Shown piece after piece: positions 58,337 to 64,000 of a stretch of 64,000 nucleotides of DNA (its first letter is position 1; each line of letters begins with the position of its first letter). A program made the position numbers and the translations under genes. The notes beneath the pieces were generated by a model. That model saw only the letters and a program-made list of their open reading frames with translations. It ran no database searches and was not told the origin of the DNA. Origin of the DNA: an uncultured Candidatus Saccharibacteria bacterium (lineage in GTDB: Bacteria > Patescibacteriota > Saccharimonadia > Saccharimonadales > Saccharimonadaceae). The stretch is from assembly GCA_963525145.1 (NCBI GenBank), contig CAURIK010000003.1, positions 1,040 to 65,039 on the forward strand. The letters run 5' to 3'.

Positions 58337-59092
58337 TTACCAAAACGCCGCCGCAACATAAACCGCATAAAAAGCCACGCTATTCTTGATTGCGTGCAGC
58401 AAAAAGCCAGACCAAATCGATCCAGTGTATTCGCGCAGCGTACAAAGCACCAAACTCAGCGCAAACGTATCAATACCAACATTCCACTGCCCATGCGCTA
58501 CCCCAAAAAGCAAACTAACAAAAAATACGTTAGCTGCTACTGGCAGCTTCGCCGAACGCAGTTTGCCATACAGTATACCGCGAAAAATTAACTCCTCGCA
58601 TAATGGCACCACTATCACCAGCACCACGAAAGCTATCGCTAAATCTAGCGAAAACAGCCTATCTGATACCCCAACATCTTGAGCTTGGTTTGGGTTAAAT
58701 CCTGGTATAATGGCTTGCGCAACAAATGACAAGCTCACTGTCAAAGCAATGTAAGCCACCGCGCCAACGATTGCCATACCGATATCGCGCCACTCAATCA
58801 ACCGCTGCGCGCCAGCCTGCTTGACCGATATTGATTGTTTGACACGCCAAGCCACCACGCCAATAGCAATAATCGTCAAGATATGAGCGAAACATTGCAA
58901 AATTAGATTAACCACTGATACGTTAGCTTGTGCCAACCAACCTGTCCGCAATAGCAATCGCCCAACGCCAGCTACCGCATAAGCAGCCGCTACCATCGAT
59001 ATCGCCACCAGCAGCGTCCAGCCGATCCACGATAGTATCTGCCACCGGGAAAAACGAAGCTTTTTTAGATTACCCACCCGCCAGCGTTTCAT
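58337..59092 (-). CDS. CPBP (CAAX/Abi) intramembrane protease
   Basis: EELIFRG, F...H and H...N motifs. Confidence 0.88.
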   Translation of the reverse strand: MKRWRVGNLKKLRFSRWQILSWIGWTLLVAISMVAAAYAVAGVGRLLLRTGWLAQANVSVVNLILQCFAHILTIIAIGVVAWRVKQSISVKQAGAQRLIEWRDIGMAIVGAVAYIALTVSLSFVAQAIIPGFNPNQAQDVGVSDRLFSLDLAIAFVVLVIVVPLCEELIFRGILYGKLRSAKLPVAANVFFVSLLFGVAHGQWNVGIDTFALSLVLCTLREYTGSIWSGFLLHAIKNSVAFYAVYVAAAFW

Positions 59093-60252
59093 TTGAATAG
59101 TTTCCCGACATCAGAAATCGTTACTAATATTATCAATACTATCAAAACCAAGAAGCCAGTACCATGAATTTTCTCCTCGGTATCTTTGCGGAGCGGTTTC
59201 TTTATTAAGCGGAACAAAGCCGTCACAAACCACCGCCCGCCATCAAGCGCTGGAATCGGTAATATATTCATCACTGCCAGCGACAAAGCGATTAACCCAG
59301 CAATCATCAAGACATAGCGGCCGCCAGCCTCGCCAGCCGCCGGAAACAACATGCCAAATATCGTCACTGGACCGCCAACACTATTGCCAACTGTTGCTAA
59401 TTTTTGATTAGCCTGCTGCTGCGCCTGGTCGTTCGGCACGATTTTCATAGCCAGCCCTGTCAAGCCGTCATAGACAACTTGCCCAAGCCCTTGAATAGTT
59501 ATCCCAGTCAATTGAGTAGTCAGCCCTACGCCGACAATTGGCGCCGACCAAGTCGAACGCATCAAGACCTCTTGAGATAAACTGGCACCCAGATAGCCGC
59601 GCTTGTCATCATTGCTAGACCGCAATGCTACAGGCAGCACTGCCTCTCGGCCGTTTCGCGAGTAGCGTATCTTAACTGTTTTGCCTTTGTCGCGAGCTAA
59701 TCTCTTGGTCAGCTCATCTGGAGTTTTAATCTTATCGCCATCAACCGACAGAATATCGTCGCCAGTTTTTAATCCGCTTTTTTGCGCTGGCAAGTCGTTC
59801 TCGACACCAGCTATCTTGACTTCTTTGCCTGAAGTTGTCGTGTCGCTAGCCACGGTGAATTGATTAGCGACAAGCGGCGGCATACCCCACCACGCCAAAA
59901 TCGTAAATATCAACACCGCACTCAGCCAATTCACTGCTACGCCAGCCAGCAAGATCTGTGTTTTTTGCCAAAATGTCGCTGCGCCGTAGTCGCCAGGCTG
60001 CTTATCATCGTCGTGCTCGCCTTGTAACTTAACGAAACCGCCTAGCGGCAGCCAGTTAATGCTGTAATCAACATTTTTGCCCAAAAAGCTTTTCTTGACC
60101 TTCTTCTTATAAGCTGCCGGCGGGAAGCCAATACCAAACTCCTCAACACGCACGCCGTAACGCCGCGCCACCAAAGCATGGCCTAACTCGTGCGTCACCA
60201 CTAAAATAGTCAACACAATTATACCGACAATGATACCAAAAACTAAACTCAT
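59089..60252 (-). CDS. rseP: RseP-like M50 site-2 protease with PDZ
   Basis: HELGH, F.IGF, PLGGFV and NILPIPALDGG; start MSLVF. Confidence 0.9.
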   Translation of the reverse strand: MSLVFGIIVGIIVLTILVVTHELGHALVARRYGVRVEEFGIGFPPAAYKKKVKKSFLGKNVDYSINWLPLGGFVKLQGEHDDDKQPGDYGAATFWQKTQILLAGVAVNWLSAVLIFTILAWWGMPPLVANQFTVASDTTTSGKEVKIAGVENDLPAQKSGLKTGDDILSVDGDKIKTPDELTKRLARDKGKTVKIRYSRNGREAVLPVALRSSNDDKRGYLGASLSQEVLMRSTWSAPIVGVGLTTQLTGITIQGLGQVVYDGLTGLAMKIVPNDQAQQQANQKLATVGNSVGGPVTIFGMLFPAAGEAGGRYVLMIAGLIALSLAVMNILPIPALDGGRWFVTALFRLIKKPLRKDTEEKIHGTGFLVLIVLIILVTISDVGKLFK

Positions 60253-60253
60253 T

Positions 60254-60946
60254 TCACCCTCCAAACCGCCGCGAACGTTTCGCGTACTCATTTAGTATAG
60301 CGGTTATGTCGCGTTTTGTCATATCTGGCCACGATTTTTTAACAAAAATTAGCTCGCTATAAGCACTGCGCCACAGCATAAAATTGCTTAGCCGCTGTTC
60401 GCCGCTGGTGCGCACTATCAAATCGCACGGCGGCACATCTGGCGTATACAAAAATTGCTCAAAGATTTGCGCTGTTACTTTTTTATGTGTTGAAAGTGTT
60501 TTGCGCAAGGTGTTGACTGCATCTATAATTTCCTGGTGCCCGCCATAATTAAACGACAAAATCGCCGTGCCGTGCGTCAAATCTTTGGTGGCCGCTTCGG
60601 CCTCGTCAATCGCTTTTTTGACTCGGCGGCTGAGACGCACACGCGTCCCTGCCACCCTTAGCCGTATACCGTGTTCAACGAAAATATGCAAATCGCGCGT
60701 CAACATTTGCACCACCAAATCCATCAGATGCTTAATCTCCGGGCCGCTACGATGCCAGTTCTCGGTACTAAAAATATACGCGCTAACATACGGCACGCCG
60801 CGATCGATAGTGTCGATGATAATTTCGCGCAACTTTTCATAGCCAGCGCTATGCCCTTCTTGCGCTGATAGACCCTGAGCTTTTGCCCAGCGGCGATTGC
60901 CGTCGACAATGAAGCCGACGTGTACTGGCAATACTTTCTCGCTCAT
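60254..60946 (-). CDS. uppS: undecaprenyl diphosphate synthase
   Basis: DGNRRWA, FSTENW.R, NYGG and RTSGEQRLSNF. Confidence 0.95.
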   Translation of the reverse strand: MSEKVLPVHVGFIVDGNRRWAKAQGLSAQEGHSAGYEKLREIIIDTIDRGVPYVSAYIFSTENWHRSGPEIKHLMDLVVQMLTRDLHIFVEHGIRLRVAGTRVRLSRRVKKAIDEAEAATKDLTHGTAILSFNYGGHQEIIDAVNTLRKTLSTHKKVTAQIFEQFLYTPDVPPCDLIVRTSGEQRLSNFMLWRSAYSELIFVKKSWPDMTKRDITAILNEYAKRSRRFGG

Positions 60947-61500
60947 TAGATGGTTAGAATATCCTTTTCTTTGTCCTTGAAAGCGGCCTCTAGCTTGTCT
61001 TGGAATTCATTCATCAAGCGATCAAATTCTTTTTCGATCATTTTGAGATCGTCCTCGCTCAGTTCTTTAGCTTCCTTCATTTTTTTGGCATCCTTGATGC
61101 CGTCTTGGCGAATGTTACGCAAAGCGATTCGCGCTTCTTCTAATTTCTCTGACGCCTGACGAACCAGCTGCTTGCGGCGTTCCTCGGTCAAGGCTGGCAC
61201 TGGTACGCGCACCACCCGGCCATCATCGCTCGGATTAAAACCAAGGCTCTGATCATTGCGAATCGCCGCCGCGATATTTTGCAAATTGCTCGGATCAAAA
61301 GGTGTCACCAGCAACATTTGTGCCTCGGGAGCTGTCACGTTGGCCACCTGATTGAGCGGCATGTTAGCTCCATAAGCTTCAACCATCACGCCCGCTAGCA
61401 TACCTGGATGCGCCCGGCCAGTGCGAATCTTGCGCAGCTCCTCGCCAAAGTGCTCAAATGCGCCTGTCATTTTTGCTTCATATTCATCTGTACTAAACAT
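60946..61500 (-). CDS. frr: ribosome recycling factor
   Basis: RTGRA.P, NP..DG, P.LTEERR and RNIR. Confidence 0.95.
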   Translation of the reverse strand: MFSTDEYEAKMTGAFEHFGEELRKIRTGRAHPGMLAGVMVEAYGANMPLNQVANVTAPEAQMLLVTPFDPSNLQNIAAAIRNDQSLGFNPSDDGRVVRVPVPALTEERRKQLVRQASEKLEEARIALRNIRQDGIKDAKKMKEAKELSEDDLKMIEKEFDRLMNEFQDKLEAAFKDKEKDILTI

Positions 61501-61533
61501 ATACTCTCCTTTACTCTATTGTAACATCAAACG

Positions 61534-62241
61534 CTAATTTATCTGCGCTACTCCTAGCAAACTAGCCCGCCGGTCAAATCCTCGGCGCAAGCGATACGCT
61601 TGGCGAAAATCTGGCGAGCCGTCGACTTCTTGATAGGCATTTTCGTCGAAAATCAGCCACACGTCTAGCGGATAATGCGGCCGTTCGGCTACCCGTGGCA
61701 TCACTGTATGATACAAGCGAAAAAACGCATCAGTCGTGTGATATGGCATATATGGCACGAATGCTCGCCCCAAAACTTCTGGCTCGCTGCCATCCCGGTT
61801 TAGCGGCAAGCCGCCAGTCTCGCGAATACGTTTAATAAACGCCGCCCGCCCTGTCTCGTTAGTAAATTTGCGCGATTGCAACCCGCAAACGATAATTTCT
61901 TGGTACATGAAACGATGCAAAAACACTACATCCACATAGCGCGAAATCTCGTAAGTCTTGGTGCGATTCGGCCCCATGCCAACGAAAGGATTGTCGGCAA
62001 AATCATATCTATAAGCTGGAATATCAATATGAATAATTCCGCCTGTATCTTCGCTTAGCTGGTCTCGCAAGGCAATCAGCTGATCGAGATCCTTGCTATC
62101 AATCCGCTCGTGGTCTTGAAAAACTTCGCTTTCTGGCCGCAAATCAATATCATCCAGCTCGCTCGCACGCTCGCGCTCGCCGCCGCTTGGCTTTTCGCGG
62201 TTGCTATAAAAGTCAAAACTACCAGATTCAAAATTGCGCAT
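61534..62241 (-). CDS. hypothetical protein between tsf and frr
   Basis: 235-aa ORF with no UMP-kinase motifs; 5' end ambiguous. Confidence 0.7.
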   Translation of the reverse strand: MRNFESGSFDFYSNREKPSGGERERASELDDIDLRPESEVFQDHERIDSKDLDQLIALRDQLSEDTGGIIHIDIPAYRYDFADNPFVGMGPNRTKTYEISRYVDVVFLHRFMYQEIIVCGLQSRKFTNETGRAAFIKRIRETGGLPLNRDGSEPEVLGRAFVPYMPYHTTDAFFRLYHTVMPRVAERPHYPLDVWLIFDENAYQEVDGSPDFRQAYRLRRGFDRRASLLGVAQIN

Positions 62242-62280
62242 CTACATCCCGCCGTTGATTGCTCATGCTTTTATCATACC

Positions 62281-62308
62281 AAAATAACCGCCATATTCCA
62301 GCGGTTAT
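62281..62308 (-). terminator. intrinsic terminator after tsf
   Basis: ATAACCGC-N9-GCGGTTAT followed by TTT. Confidence 0.65.
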
Positions 62309-62330
62309 ATTGGTTGTGTAAGACGTAGGC

Positions 62331-62924
62331 TTATTCGCCGCCAAGCTCGATACGCTTGAATTGGCTAACGCGCACATTCTCGCCGCGCAGTGCTACTTGC
62401 TCTTTGATCAGCTCACCGACGGTTTTGCTGTCGTCAAGTACGAAAGCCTGCTCGGACAGGACTTGTTCGGCAAAATATTTTTTGAGTTGCCCTTCGACAA
62501 TTTGCTCGCGCATATTCTCTGGCTTATCTTGCAAACTGTCGCTTGCCAAAAACTCCTGCTTTTTCGCTTCGTAAACGTCGCTCGGAATATCCTCGACCGT
62601 TGCATATTTTGGTGCCATCGCTGCGATCTGCATAGCAATTTGGTGCGCAAACTCCTTGAATTCTGGCAAGCGCGCCACGAAATCAGTTTCACAGTTGACC
62701 TCGACAACCACGCCGATACGGCCCGAGTGCACGTAACTCTCAATCAGACCTTCGCGCGTCTCGCGGTCGCCTTTTTTCTCGGCCTTGGTCAAGCCTTTCT
62801 TACGCAGTGCCTCGAGAGCTTTATCGAAGTCGCCATCGGCTTCAACTAGCGCTTTTTTGGCATCGGTCAGGCCAATGCCGCTTAATTCTTTCAGCTTTTT
62901 AATGTCTTCAATTGATACGCCCAT
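62331..62924 (-). CDS. tsf: elongation factor Ts (short form)
   Basis: KKAL, EG and EVNCETDFVA motifs. Confidence 0.95.
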   Translation of the reverse strand: MGVSIEDIKKLKELSGIGLTDAKKALVEADGDFDKALEALRKKGLTKAEKKGDRETREGLIESYVHSGRIGVVVEVNCETDFVARLPEFKEFAHQIAMQIAAMAPKYATVEDIPSDVYEAKKQEFLASDSLQDKPENMREQIVEGQLKKYFAEQVLSEQAFVLDDSKTVGELIKEQVALRGENVRVSQFKRIELGGE

Positions 62925-62925
62925 C

Positions 62926-63627
62926 CTATTTCTCCTCTTTTTTGGTCTTGCCTTCGTTCACCGCTGCTACAAAGTAGTCTAGCAACAATTGCAACCCTTT
63001 AATCGCGTCGTCGTTGCCTGGGATTGGATATTCAACTTTGCTCGGGTCGGCATTAGTATCGGCGATTGCCACCACTGGGATTCCGAGGTTTTCTGCTTCA
63101 GCAATTGCATTTTTATCAACCAGCATATCTAGCACGATTAAAGCGCCAGGCTTACCATTCAATTCCTTGATACCGCCGTATTTGAAGTTCAAGCTATCGA
63201 TTTCTTCTTGGTAGCGCTGAACTTCTAGCTTATTGTAGCGCTTCTCGAGATCGCCGTTGTCCATGCGACGCTCGAGGTCGCGCAGCTTCTTGATCTGCGC
63301 ATTAGTAGTGGTGACATTGGTTAGCATGCCGCCGATCCAACGATTCACCACAAATGGCTGGCCAGCCGACTCGGCAGCCGCTTTGACGATATCTTTGGCC
63401 TGCTTTTTGGTGCCAACAAACAAAACTTTTTTGCCGCTCGCTACCGTCTTGGTGATAAACGGTAAAGCTTTGTCTAGCGCCTCAACTGTCTTCGCTAAAT
63501 CAATAATATGGCTATCCTGGCGTTTTGAGTGAATATACGGTGCCATCTTCGGGTGCCAGCGGCTAGTTTTGTGCCCAAAATGAACACCAGCTTCAAACAA
63601 AGCTTTCATGTCTACTGCTACAGACAT
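62926..63627 (-). CDS. rpsB: 30S ribosomal protein S2
   Basis: AGVHFGH, W.PKM, FVGTK, RW.GG.LTN, DTN.DP and PGNDDA; start MSVAV with AAGGAG SD. Confidence 0.96.
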   Translation of the reverse strand: MSVAVDMKALFEAGVHFGHKTSRWHPKMAPYIHSKRQDSHIIDLAKTVEALDKALPFITKTVASGKKVLFVGTKKQAKDIVKAAAESAGQPFVVNRWIGGMLTNVTTTNAQIKKLRDLERRMDNGDLEKRYNKLEVQRYQEEIDSLNFKYGGIKELNGKPGALIVLDMLVDKNAIAEAENLGIPVVAIADTNADPSKVEYPIPGNDDAIKGLQLLLDYFVAAVNEGKTKKEEK

Positions 63628-63639
63628 CAGTTTACTCCT

Positions 63640-63682
63640 TTTCCTCGCCCGCTGCTTTTGGAGCTGCAACGGGCTGTGTCGT
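63640..63682 (-). promoter_or_regulatory. rpsB leader hairpin (putative S2 autoregulatory element)
   Basis: ACACA-GCCCGUUGC/GCAGCGGGC-GAGG, 9-bp stem directly before the SD. Confidence 0.5.
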
Positions 63683-63758
63683 TAAAATTATTACCACACT
63701 ACTATAGCACTATTACACCAAAATCACAAGCTACCGTATCTATAAGTTTTATTGAGCA

Positions 63759-64000
63759 TCAATATTCCATAGCACTCCATCCTATTTTTTTATTTCTATG
63801 TTCTTTTACGGCTGTCAAGTCTAGCACTGGTAGTGCTCCAGCAAAGACCATAGTCCTGAGCGAATCAATATTCGATACGTTGTCTGGAATGCTCCATCCC
63901 ATTCCAGATCCAAGAAAACCCGACGCTGGAGCTATTGGACCGCTCCATTCATCTTCACTACAAAATCCTGCTCTCATGCTTTCCATCGCCATTTCTTGTG
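63759..64000 (-). CDS. 3' part of a hypothetical gene truncated by the window edge
   Basis: Frame open to the end of the window. Confidence 0.45.
   Translation of the reverse strand, partial: QEMAMESMRAGFCSEDEWSGPIAPASGFLGSGMGWSIPDNVSNIDSLRTMVFAGALPVLDLTAVKEHRNKKIGWSAMEY

Noticed and set aside
1..64000. CRISPR array, tRNA/rRNA genes, IS transposase, integrase or prophage
   Set aside because: No regularly spaced repeats, cloverleafs, rRNA motifs or DDE/recombinase ORFs recognised by eye
1..64000. Alternative genetic code (UGA = Gly)
   Set aside because: Conserved genes such as mraY, ftsE and serS end at TGA at expected lengths

Overview
Chromosomal segment of a small-genome bacterium, inferred to be a host-associated Saccharibacteria (Patescibacteria/TM7) from its gene set, a DUF5663-like protein, a reduced dcw cluster and standard code 11. 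Almost all genes from 1.8 kb onward are on the minus strand, and the plus strand is C-rich there even in a plus-strand gene. The first gene (dinD-like, plus strand) is G-rich. Orientation and skew therefore converge on an AT-rich gap at 860-1809 that holds a dif-like 11-6-11 site, so this is probably the replication terminus. Core genes include ftsQ-like/murG/ftsW/mraY/ftsI/ftsL/rsmH, yvcK, a Pif1-like helicase, metK with a SAM-I riboswitch, rnhA, hsp20 with CIRCE, glyQS, recO, xseAB, rpmA, ctpA/CHAP/ftsX/ftsE/prfB, murI/murD, secA/hpf, pyrD/serS, uppP, lysS/greA/proS and rseP/uppS/frr/tsf/rpsB. An accessory array lies downstream of glyQS (three NUDIX genes, CYTH, phosphatase, a Doc-type TA pair, an aspartoacylase-like gene and an AT-rich SAP-domain gene). 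The strongest unexplained signals are a ~460-nt structured non-coding RNA candidate in the usual mraZ slot, a 24-aa sORF plus hairpin in front of ftsL, a repeat-bracketed terminus region, an orphan KwaB-like gene coupled to yvcK, and pervasive leaderless gene starts. All family assignments are from motif recognition; no database searches were run.
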